A stretch of DNA of 64,000 nt, taken from Hormiphora californensis. Taxonomy: Eukaryota > Animalia > Ctenophora. The stretch covers positions 434,001 to 498,000 of the forward strand of contig CM035358.1 in assembly GCA_020137815.1 (NCBI GenBank), written 5' to 3'. Of the stretch, positions 1 to 11,252 are shown piece after piece. A program made the position numbers and the translations under genes. Each line of letters begins with the position of its first letter. Positions within the stretch are counted from its first letter, which is position 1. The notes below the pieces were generated by a model. The model was not told the DNA's origin. It searched no databases and was given only the letters and a program-made list of their open reading frames with translations.

Positions 1-122
1 GATCTTTTCTAAGAATCAGACTCTTGCAAATTACACTAGAATTTGATAACTTTTTTCTGACCTAAGATATTGAGACCTAATATGATTGGATGGAAACACT
101 GTTGAATCCTAAACATCTTATA

Positions 123-191
123 CAGTCGGACCCCAATTTCCCAGCGCAAAACCCTTTCCCCCGAGCATCCTGGTAAATGGAGGTCTGACTG
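123..191. mobile_element. Internally deleted Tc1/mariner-pogo-type MITE (CAGTCGGACC family)
   Basis: TA|CAGTCGGACCCC...GGTCTGACTG|TA. Same ends and internal AAAACCCTTTCCCCCGAGCATCC as the copy at 46116-46287. Confidence 0.8.
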
Positions 192-217
192 TACTATAAC
201 AGCGGTTGATTGCTTAC

Positions 218-322
218 CGTTGCATTGAGACCAGCACGCGTCTTTGTAACATCCATAGGTGCAGGCTGTCGCTCCGTCACACGGGAACTCAGATGGGGCC
301 CAGGCACACTCCCAGAGAGATT
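218..322 (-). CDS. Internal exon of a Cys-rich protein (SLWECAWAPSEFPCDGATACTYGCYKDACWSQCN); gene continues off the left edge
   Basis: On the minus strand: acceptor CTCTTTCTTCCTAG, 105-nt open phase-1/phase-1 exon, donor GTAAGC; six Cys. Confidence 0.65.
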
Positions 323-584
323 CTAGGAAGAAAGAGTGGGGTAAGTGGGCTCCCAGAGAGAGATTCTAGGAAGAAAGAGTGGGGTTAGTGGGCTCCCAGA
401 GTGAGATTCTAGGAAGAAAGAGTGGGGTTAGTGGGCTCCCAGAGTGAGATTCTAGGAAGAAAGAGTGGGGTTAGTGGGCTCCCAGAGTGAGATTCTAGGA
501 AGAAAGAGTGGGGTTAGTGGGCTCCCAGAGTGAGATTCTAGGAAGAAAGAGTGGGGTTAGTGGGCTCCCAGAGTGAGATTCTAG
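309..584. repeat. 43-bp tandem repeat, ~6.5 copies, duplicating a splice acceptor
   Basis: Unit CTCCCAGAGTGAGATTCTAGGAAGAAAGAGTGGGGTTAGTGGG starts at 309, 350, 393, 436, 479, 522 and ~565. Confidence 0.95.
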
Positions 585-1270
585 CGAAAGTAGTTACAAT
601 GCAGGAGGCTTCCAGGTAGGAGTCTGATCCCAGGGAGATTCAAAGGAAGGGGTCAGAACAAAAGGTGGTGAGATGGACATGGGGGGGTTCCCATGGTATA
701 CTTTGGTATACTTTGGCACTTTCCACAACTTTTTCAGCGATTTTCCATATACCAAAGTATACCAAAGTATACCAAAATATACCAAGGTATACCAAAGTAT
801 ACCATAAAATTTTGAAATAGGTAAAATTTAAGCGATAAGATAAAATAATTGACTAAATTTGTAAAACTACATCCTTATTTCGTTCTAAATTGGTAATATA
901 AAGCTTATTAAACTGATTTTTACGTATGTTACATCACCCGGCTAGTGCTCAAGGCTGGCCACTCAGTGGCCAGGGGTTCAATTCCCGGTTGAGGCAATTT
1001 TTGAAAATATTTTAGAGACTTTACCAAATACTTTTTCTTGACTTTTAAAAACGTTTTTTATCGCACTCAAATGAGTCCCAATGTGTCAAACCCCAGTTTT
1101 GTGACTCATCATTTCACAGGCAAAATAAGTTTCCTCGATTCTATGAAATTAGCCAATTTAGCCTAGTTAACCTCAAGTTTATGAGTTAAGAAAGTTTATA
1201 CAAACTGTTTTAAAGCCTTAATTATTGTAAATTAACACTTTAAAGTACGTAAAGCTATTAAAAAGATATG

Positions 1271-4200
1271 GGTAATATACCAATTCTTGGTGTTCGAAGA
1301 AAATAGCGCTAATTAGCGGTTTTAATAGCGCTAATTAGCGCTAATTAGCGCTAATTAGCGATAGCGCTATTTATCGATAGCGCTAATAGCGCTAATAATA
1401 GCGCTATTTCACAAAATAGCGCTATTTTTGACCGCTAATTAGCGCTAATTAGCGATCAAAAATAGCGGTAATTAGCGGTAGCGCTATTTTAGCGCTTTTT
1501 GTAACCGCTAATCGGGCAATTTATCTAAAAAAATAGCGCTATTAACACTTACAAAAATAGCGCTAATTAGCGCTAATTAGCGCTATTAACATTCTTAATT
1601 CATTTTGTTCGAACCGCTAATTAGCGCTATTTCCAATTTCATCAAAATATAGAAAACGCTATGATTGGATAATGTATGTCACGTGACAAAAATCCTGTCA
1701 TGTGATGAAAAATAGCGCTAATTAGCGCTATTTTTATAATCGCTAATTAGCGCTATTATCAACTTAAACGTTTATTATTTTGTTAATAGCGCTAGTTAGC
1801 GCTAATTAGCGCTATTAATATTTGCAAATAGCGCTAATTAGCGCTAATTAGCGCTAATAAGCGCTAACTAGCGCTATTTGCATATTATTAATAGCGCTAA
1901 TTAGCGCTAATTAGCGCTATTATCAACTTGAACGTTTACTATTTTGTTAATAGCGCTAATTAGCGCTAATTAGCGCTATTAATGTTATGCAAATAGCGCT
2001 AGTTAGCGCTTATTAGCGCTAATTAGCGCTAATTAGCGCTATTTGGAAAATATTAATAGCGCTAATTAGCGCTAATTAGCGCTATTATCAACTTAAACAG
2101 TGATTATTTTAATAATAACGCTAATAAGCGCTATTATCAACTTAAACGTTTATTATTTTATTAATAGCGCTAATTAGCGCTAATTAGCGCTATTAATATT
2201 TTGCAAGTAGCGCTTGTTAGCGCTTGTTAGCGCTAATAAGCGCTAATTAGCGCTATTTGGAAAATATTAATAGCGCTTATTAGCGCTAATTAGCACTATT
2301 ATCAACTTAAACGTTTATTATTTTATTAATAGCGCTAATAAGCGCTAATTAGCGCTATTAATATTTTGCAAATAGTGCAAGTTAGCGCTTATTAGCGCTA
2401 ACTAGCGCTAATTAGCGCTATTTGGAAAATATTAATAGCGCTAATTAAAGCTAATTAGCGCTATTATCAACTTAAACATTGATTATTTTATTAATAGCGC
2501 TAATAAGCGCTATTAATATTTTGCTAATAAGCGCTAATTAGCGCTATTTGCATATTATAAATAGCGCTAATTAGCGCTTATTAGCGATATTATCAACTTA
2601 AACATTTACTATTTTATTAATAGCGCTAATTAGCGCTATTTGGAAAATATTAATAGCGTTTATTAGCGCTAATTAGCACTATTATCAACTTAAACGTTTA
2701 TTATTTTATTAATAGCGCTAATAAGCGCTAATTAGCGCTATTAATATTTTGCAAATAGTGCTAGTTAGCGCTTATTATAATAAGCTATAGCGCTAATAAG
2801 CGCTAATTAGCGCTATTTGGAAAATATTAATAGCGCTAATTAGCGCTTATTAGCGCTATTAATAAAATAATAAACGTTTAAGTTGATAATAGCACTAATT
2901 AGCGCTAATTAGCGCTATTAATATTTTGCAAATAGCGCTAATTAGCGCTAATTAGCGCTAATTAGCGCTTATTGGCGCTATTTTTAAAATATTAATAGCG
3001 CTAATTAGCGCTTATTAGCGCTATTAATAAAATAGTTAACGTTTAAGTTGATAATAGCGCTAATTAGCGCTAATTAGCGATATTAATATTTTGCAAATAG
3101 CGCTAATTAGCGCTAATAAGTGCTAACTAGCGCTATTTTTAAAATATTAATAGCGCTAATTAGCGCTAAATAGCGCTATTAATAATATGGAAATAGCGCT
3201 AACTAGCGCTATTTGCAAAATATTAATAGCGCTATTTAGCGCTTATTAGCGCTATTAATAAAATAGTAAACGTTGAAGTTGATAATAGCGCTAATTAGCG
3301 CTAATTAGCGCTATTAATATTTTGCAAATAGCGCTGATTAGCGCTTATTAGCGCTTATAAGTGCTAACTAGCGCTATTTTTAAAATATTAATAGCGCTAA
3401 TTAGCGCTTATTGGCGCTATTAATAAAATAGTAAACGTTTAAGTTGGTAATAGCGCTAATTAGCGCTAATTAGCGCTATTAATAATATGGAAATAGCGCT
3501 AATTAGCGCTTATTAGCGCTAATTAGCGCTAACTAGCGCTATTAGCAAAATATTAATAGCGCTAATTAGCGCTTATTAGCGCTATTAATAAAATAGTAAA
3601 CGTTTAAGTTGATAATAGCGCTAATTAGCGCTAAATAGCGCTATTAATAATATGGAAATAGCGCTTATTAGCGCTTATTAGCGCTAATTAGCGCTAACTA
3701 GCGCTATTTGCAAAATATTAATAGCGCTATTTAGCGCTTATTAGCGCTATTAATAAAATAGTTAACGTTTAAGTTGATAATAGCGCTAATTAGCGCTAAT
3801 TAGCGCTATTAATATTTTGCAAATAGCGCTAATTAGCGCTTATTAGCGCTAATAAGCGCTAACTAGCGCTATTTTTAAAATATTAATAGCGCTAATTAGC
3901 GCTTATTAGCGCTATTAATAAAATAGTTAACGTTTAAGTTGATAATAGCGCTAATTAGCGCTAATTAGCGCTATTAATAATATGGAAATAGCGCTAATTA
4001 GCGCTTATTAGCGCTTATTAGCGCTAACTAGCGCTATTAGCAAAATATTAATAGCGCTAATTAGCGCTTATTAGCGCTATTAATAAAATAGTAAACGTTT
4101 AAGTTGATAATAGCGCTAATTAGCGCTAAATAGCGCTATTAATAATATGGAAATAGCGCTTATTAGCGCTTATTAGCGCTAATTAGCGCTAACTAGCGCT

Positions 4201-5684
4201 ATTAGCAAAATATTAATAGCGCTAATTAGCGCTTATTAGCGCTATTAATAAAATAGTAAACGTTTAAGTTGATAATAGCGCTAATTAGCGCTAATTAGCG
4301 ATATTAATATTTTGCAAATAGCGCTAATTAGCGCTTATTAGCGCTAATAAGTGCTAACTAGCGCTATTTTTAAAATATTAATAGCGCTAATTAGCGCTTA
4401 TTAGCACTATTAATAAAATAGTAAACGTTTAAGTTGATAATAGCGCTAATTAGCGCTAATTAGCGCTATTAATAATATGGAAATAGCGCTAATTAGCGCT
4501 TATTAGCGCTAATTAGCGCTAACTAGCGCTATTAGCAAAATATTAATAGCGCTAATTAGCGCTTATTAGCGCTATTAATAAAATAGTTATCGTTTAAGTT
4601 GATAATAGCACTAATTAGCGCTAATTAGCGCTATTAATATTTTGCAAATAGCGCTAATTAGCGCTATTTTTAAATTGTCTATGGCGCTGATCAGCGCTAT
4701 TAACAAAATATACATTCATTATTTTGTTAAATGCGCTAAATAGCGCTAATTAGCGCTATTAACATTTTGCAAATAGCGCTAGTTAGCGCTTATTAGCGCT
4801 AATAAGCGCTAATCAGCGCTATTTGCAAAATATTAATAGCGCTAATTAGCGCTTATTAGCGCTATTATCAACTTAAACGTTAACTATTCTATTAATAGCG
4901 CTAATAAGCGCTAATTAGCGCTATTAATATTTTGCAAATAGCGCTAACTAGCGCTAATTATCGCTAATAAGCGCTAACTAGCGCTATTTGCAAATTATTA
5001 ATAGCGCTTATTAGCGCTAATTAGCGCTATTAACAAAGTAATATACATATATTGTGTTAATAGCGCTAATTAGCGCTATTTACAAATTGTTGATAGCGCT
5101 AATTAGCGCTAATTAGCGCTATTTAGCGCTTATTAGCGCTAGTTAGCGGTATTTTCATATTGTTAATAGCGCTAATTAGCGCTAATTAGCGCTATTTTGT
5201 AAATAAAAATAGCTAATCTTTAAGAAATGGCGCTAATTAGCGGTTACAGATTTTGACCAATCATAAGGATTTATTTAATCACGTGATCAACGCCAACCAA
5301 TCATGGCTTAGATACGTCAAATAGCGATGTCTCTTAAATAGCGCTATTTCAAAATTTTTAGGACCGCTATTTGAATAGCGGTGTTATCAAATTTGAAATT
5401 AATACAAAATTTAGAACCGCTATTTTTCTACAAAAATAGCGCTATTTTTAAGTGCAAAAAGCGCTAAAATAGCGCTACCGCTAATTACCGCTATTTGTGA
5501 CCGCTAATTAGCGCTAATTAGCGGTCACAAATAGCGCTATTTTATAAAATAGCGCTATTATTAGCGCTTCTAACACTTTTTATAAATATCGAAATCTTAG
5601 ATAGCGCTAATTAGCGCTAATTAGCGCTCTTAAAATCGCTAATTAGCGCTATTTTCTTCGAACACCAAGAATTGGTATATTACC
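1271..5684. mobile_element. Nested non-autonomous Merlin-like foldback element filled with satellite
   Basis: TIR GGTAATATACCAATTCTTGGTGTTCGAAGAAAATAGCGC... perfect for >45 bp and imperfect for several hundred. 8-bp TSD AAGATATG (1263-1270 and 5685-5692). GG termini plus 8-bp TSD fit Merlin. Confidence 0.85.
1303..5652. repeat. Palindromic TAGCGCTAAT 10-bp satellite with 165-bp higher-order unit
   Basis: Hundreds of TAGCGCTA palindromes. Marker CGTTTAAGTTG recurs at 3271, 3436, 3601, 3766, 3931, 4096, 4261, 4426 and 4591 (exact 165-bp period) and is inverted at ~1750-2700 and ~4865. Confidence 0.95.
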
Positions 5685-6118
5685 AAGATATGGTATACTT
5701 TGGTATACTTTGGTACCTTCCACATATTTTTTTAGTATTTTCCATATGCCAAAGTATACCAAAGTATACCAAAGTATACCATGGGAACCCCCCCGATGGA
5801 CATACACAATGCAGAGCGAGACAGAAAAGGTCATTCATAGAACATGGGGCATAAAGTAACTTTTGAATTGAAAATGGTAAGTTAGGGCAGTCGAGAAATC
5901 ATGGCTGAGAAAATATATTATATTTGGAGATGAATGAAAATCTCAAAGCACTTGTATCTTGTATGAAGTTATCCCAATTCCCAATTTCGAAATCCACCCG
6001 AGAGCGAATAAATTGTTTTTCATGAGCGTTTACACATGTGCAAAGTGGATTAGCTTCAGTTTTGCATGCCCTCTCAGTGAATCAGGTCCACCCTAGTATA
6101 CAATTTATAATATACCAT

Positions 6119-8257
6119 CACTGCGCTGGCAAGCGCAAAGGTTGCCATTCCCCCTCCCCCCAAAAGCGCCGCCAGAAACGCAGTTATACGTTTTATGGGT
6201 GTTTTGCCTGAAAACCTAGATTTCAGAAGGTTATAGCGTGGCTCTCTTTCATCCGTTTGACTTGAAATTTGGAATGTATACCCAGCTTGCTGCTTAGGGT
6301 CTTTGATTCAAGTTTAAAATTTCAAGTCTCTATCTCATCTGGAACCGAAGTTACAGACAGGTCCCATTTGCCCTAGTCATCACTGCGCTGGCAAGCGCAA
6401 AGGTTGTCATTCCCCCCCCCCCCCCCCCCTCAAAAAGCGCCGCCAGAAACGCAGTTATACGTTTTATGGGTGTTTGGCTGAAAATCCAGATTTGAGAAGG
6501 CTATAGCGTGGCTCCCTTTCATCCGTTTGACTTGAAATTTGGAACTTATACCCGGCTCCGGGTCATTGACTCAAGTTTAAAATTTCAAGTTTCTATCTCA
6601 TCTGGAAGCGAAGTTACAGACACGCGCGGGTAGGAGAGACGCTTTTTGTAAACCATATTCACGCCAAACGAAAAGAGATAGAGACTTCATCTTTTCACAG
6701 CTGGTAGATCTACTGGATGTGTGTGCATTAGTCGTAGTGGGGTCCCTTTTCATCGCCAGGAACGTCCTACAGAACGTCTTAAAGTCGTCATTTTTCAGAC
6801 TCTAACCAAAATTCTTTGAGCTCAATTTACACCCTGAAGACGGATTCTAATCGAAAATCGAAGACTATATCATGGAAAGAGAATTGTCTGAACTTTCAGA
6901 AGCTATACAGTGAATTTTGAAAACCAGACGTATAAGGGTCTTAAAACGCGTCTAAAGTGTTATGACTGTTTAAAAACAGATATGATGTTATGGGTTTTCT
7001 CGCTATAGCGGACTCAAATCTCATCCAATCGATCTCAAACTTGGTCAGTATCTTCATCTAGGTGGGCCCGATAATATGACGTCATAATTTTGACGTTACA
7101 ACGTCGTGACGTCATTTTATGACGTCAAAATGACGTCAAAAATGAAAATTTCTCAATTTCACGACTCTAACCTCTCTGTACCTATTCTACTAAATCTACA
7201 TGGATAAAAAATCCCAAAAATGATGCAAATTATACCAAAACTAATTAAAATTAGTAGGCCGGAAAGGTTGCCTTACGATTTGAGCTACCTTTGGCACTGG
7301 TACACTGGTACTGAAGATAACCGAGGCATCTGTAACCTGTCTATACCCCGTGAAAGTTACGGTGCCTAAGGTAGCTCAAATCGTAAGGCAACCTTTCCGG
7401 CCTACTAATTTTAATTAGTTTTGGTATAATTCAGTGTAACACATATGTGCGCATGTACGCGCGTAGGAGAGACGCTTTTTATAAACCATATTCACGCCAA
7501 ACGAAAAGAGATAGAAACTTCTCGTTTTCACAGCTGGTAGATCTACTGGATGTGTGTGCATTAGTCGATGTGAGGTCCCTTTTCATCGCCAGGAACGTCC
7601 TACAGAACGTCTTAAAGTCGTCATTTTTCAGACTCTGACTAAAATTCTTTGAGCTCATTTTACACCCTGAAGACGGATTCTAATCAAAAATCGAAGACTA
7701 TACAATAGAAAGAGAATTGTCTGAACTTTCAGAAACTATATAGCGAATTTTCAAAACTAGACGTATAAGGGTCTTAAAACGCGTCTAAAGTGTTATGACT
7801 GTTTAAAAATAGATATGACGATATGGGTTTTTTCGCCATAGCGGACTCAAATCTCATCCAATCGATCTCAAACTTGGCCAGTATCTTCATCTAGGTAATC
7901 TCGATGATATGACGTCATCATTATGACGTCATAACGACGTGACGTCATTTTATGACGTCAAAATGAAAATTTTGCAAATTGGTGATTCCATCCTCTCCTT
8001 ACCTGTTCTACTACATCTAAATGGATAAAAAATCCCAAAAAAGAAGCAAATTATACCAAAACTAATTGAAATTAGTAGGCCGGAAAGGTTGCCCTATGAT
8101 TTGAGCTACCTTTGGCACCAGTACATTCCCTTTTGAAGATAGAAGAAGCATCGGTTATACCCTGTCTGTACCCCGTGAATGTTACGGTGGCAAAGGTAGC
8201 TCAAATCATAGGGCAACCTTTCCGGCCTACTAATTTCAATTAGTTTTGGTATAATTT
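6119..8257 (+). mobile_element. Unclassified composite repeat, A-A'-B-B', each B ending in a ~200-bp hairpin
   Basis: A at 6119-6360 and 6381-6620 (CACTGCGCTGGCAAGCGCAAAGG...). B at ~6620-7431 and ~7458-8257. Hairpins at 7228-7431 and 8048-8257. Confidence 0.75.
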
Positions 8258-8296
8258 AAGTATACTATCTTGCACGTTCCAGAATATTAAAGCGAG

Positions 8297-8330
8297 AGTG
8301 GACCGACACAGAATTCTGTGTCGGTCCACT
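8297..8330. repeat. Perfect 34-bp palindrome flanked by TTAAAG...CTTTAA
   Basis: AGTGGACCGACACAGAA|TTCTGTGTCGGTCCACT. Confidence 0.9.
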
Positions 8331-8813
8331 TTAAATTGTTGGTTCCGTAATACCCCGTTGATACTTCCACTCGCATAGCAGAATAATTATGTTTTCTCTT
8401 TCCTAAAGTAAATTCGTGTCTTCCCTATTTCCCTCACTCTCTCTCACTCTCTTAATTCTTCTTTTGTTTGCTTAAGGTCATAAGGAACCTCCCATATTAT
8501 TCCAGAGTTATTCAGGGTGTTTTCATTTCTAGTTCGACCCTGCCTCCCCGCCGGAATTCTACCCACGAACACTGCCTATATAAACATATAATATCGCATA
8601 TTATATGCCTTGCTGTATTAAGTTGTGTTAATAGATCTTCCCACCCTCCGTTATAGGATATTCCCCATTAGGTTACCACTCCGGTTAACGGGATTAAAAT
8701 GCCAACATTCCTAAGTATATACCTAACTCTCGACCCAACAAGCACACCTACCGGGTAGGCCTCCACCTCCCCGGGTGCAGCTCTCTTTGATTTAAAATTT
8801 AAAGCTGAATTTT

Positions 8814-8848
8814 GTTGCCATGGCAACTGAAGCGGTAACTATGGAGAC
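8814..8848. promoter_or_regulatory. RFX X-box pair within a dispersed repeat
   Basis: Perfect GTTGCCATGGCAAC followed by GTAACTATGGAGAC. Homologous inverted copy at ~54740-54808. Confidence 0.5.
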
Positions 8849-10364
8849 TGAATTGTTAAAACTTATTTGAAACTATTCACAACCTTCCAGAAGAGTGCTT
8901 TACTTGTTTGGGCGCATATTTGTTGATGAAGGATCACTGTTCCTTACCAAACGTATCGTACGTGTTCAGAAATGCCAGCCAAACGTGATTGACAGCGAAC
9001 CGTTACCATGGAAGAAACATGGCCAATAAAGGAAACTGACTGGAATCGCATATAGCAGTAAAAAATGAGCCCAGCTAGGTTGTTATACCGCCGATATCGA
9101 ACCTCAGGAGAACCTCACTCAAAACACAGCAGCTGTTTGATCGTGTGGACACGTAGCACTATATGATAATATATATACCGCGAGTGCACATATCACTCCC
9201 GCTGTGCGCGACCATATGCACGGTGAAATTTGCACTGTGCTTCCGCGGGAGCGTGCAGATATAGAGGTAGCGGGATATAATTAAGAAAAGTGTTCTCGCA
9301 GTGTTTTTACACCTTATTCACACACAAACACACAAAATATGACTGACAAGGTACAACACGACACACAGTCTGCCATTTTACACTCACTCTCCCTCTTTCT
9401 CTTTCTAATTATCCCCTTATCACGTTTTGTTGTTTGCTATTTCCAAGAATTCCAATCTCCCTCTCTCGTATCTCTCTCATTATCTCTCTCTTCTTTTCAC
9501 TGTTAAAACTGTCAAAACTTGGTCCCCTTGTGTGTAAAAGGTGTAGTAGTGTATTTTTGTGTAGTTTTGCTTAGTTTGTACCTTGTTTTGTCACATCTCT
9601 CTGTGTGTAATCACCCAAAATTGTGATTGTTTTGCTTGTCATGTGTTTTCTCGCGGAATATATACTCAATAACGTCCTGCACTAGATCAGGGAGCTCCAT
9701 TATGAAAAATAACTGCAGGTGCATTGAATAGTCATTGCACCCTCCATTAGCCATTGTAAATAGATCTATGTGGAAGTAGTGAAGACTGTGTTGACCAACA
9801 GCTGTTGTACTTAAGACATGCTGCATAGAGGCTCGTGCATTTTTCTAGTGTGCGTTAAACTCGAACTATTTCTCCGCTATCACTCTTGGAGAGGTAGGGG
9901 ACTGGGTCTTTATAAACCATTTTAGAGCTTTCTTCGACATGCTCTAGTTTAGAGGTTCTACATCTATTTAAACTCTATTTAATGAAAAATTGACTGTGCT
10001 CCAATTTCTAGGAAAAAGTTCGGATATAAGAACCAGACTATGTCTATTTCATTCCCCGGCCCCCGCTACGCAAGCCTATTCCGTGGGAAGCTATAACGGA
10101 CCGGCGTACGTTCGCCAACCGATTCAATATTTCGTGCAAGCCGAGCTAGACTGAAATTCAGTATACTTTAGCCCGACTATAACGCTCTCTCCCTGTTTAA
10201 AGTAACAAACTCTCTCTCTCAGATGTGTCATCCCACCATTAGACACTTCCTAGATCATCTGTATATCTCGAGATGAAGGACCTGAAGAAACGCAGTAGTT
10301 GCGGATGGGATGAGACAGTGAGAGTGCTGTATAAGCCCGACAACCCAGAAGAGAGAACATAATA

Positions 10365-10386
10365 CTCTCTCTCTCACTCTCTCTCA

Positions 10387-10449
<63 letters not shown>
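10365..10449. repeat. (CT)n microsatellite
   Basis: Seen directly. Confidence 0.95.
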
Positions 10450-11252
10450 CGTTTTTTCTTCGGGTGTGATGGCCACTATTGCGTGGGGTGAGGAGAGTGT
10501 GAGCCCAGGATGGTTCCCTTGCAATATACCGCAAGTAGCAAGATACAATATTGTCGAACACTGTGCTAGTTGCTAGTAGTTTTCCGTGTCATCCACACAT
10601 TATATATTTAGGAGACAGGAGTTTGACCACGTTACTGTTTAGAGTTTGTGAAGATTTGCCTTTCATGAGAGGGACTTGGTCCCGGACTAGATATAGGGTA
10701 CGGTACAACTTTTTACATCAAGAGTCGTTTCTACTTTAAGATAAATATAATAGCCCCGCGTTTACTGAGTTAAAATTATTTCTGAGATGATCGTCTCATC
10801 TAAAACGGAGACTTCGTTGAAACGTGCACATGAAATGGTGCATCCCAGAATCCACATTAACCCGTTTTACTCTTTAACAATATATCTTTTCACGGTTGTT
10901 TGACAGTGGGTATGTTGATGCAGTCTGCGTGGGTGAGATCAGTTCGTGTATTGAGGGGGCTGGGTCCTTTGTTCGGAATGATTATCACGTTATCATCTCT
11001 ACTGCAATGCTCTCTTAGTTGAGCAATGAGGCATTTTATAATATTAATATCTGGTGCCAAATGTTAGACTAAAGAACGCAGCTAGTGTGTTGCGCAACAT
11101 TCCACGACCATACAAGTTAAGATGTCTGCAGCGTTGCGGGCAAATGAGGTATAGCTCACTCTTGATAATGTCCACTTTCATTTGGTTAGTGAGGCTTTTA
11201 GCTAGTTAATGATAAGGTCGAACTCTGGTGTGCACGGCCTTTATTGCTATCA

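Larger units (their letters stand above)
681..5794. mobile_element. Non-autonomous Mutator/Foldback-like DNA transposon (outer element, ~0.7 kb without its nested insert)
   Basis: TIR GGGGGGGTTCCCATGGTATACTTTGG at 681 and its complement ending at 5794. Exact 9-bp TSD GATGGACAT (672-680 and 5795-5803). TIRs are built from 10-bp GGTATACTTT units. Confidence 0.9.

Noticed and set aside
309-584. CRISPR-like appearance of regular repeats (also 11912-13230 and 55787-57702)
   Set aside because: Units are head-to-tail with no unique spacers, there are no cas genes, and the context is eukaryotic.
935-1000. Functional tRNA gene
   Set aside because: No acceptor stem or D arm can be formed; kept only as a tRNA-like fragment.
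6119-7436. CACTG...CAGTG ends suggesting Transib/CACTA
   Set aside because: Only 5 bp of inversion, no TSD, and the second B unit lacks CAGTG.
9611-10130. Possible decayed non-LTR retrotransposon C-terminus on the minus strand
   Set aside because: Only a vague LFN-like fragment among stops; not supportable.
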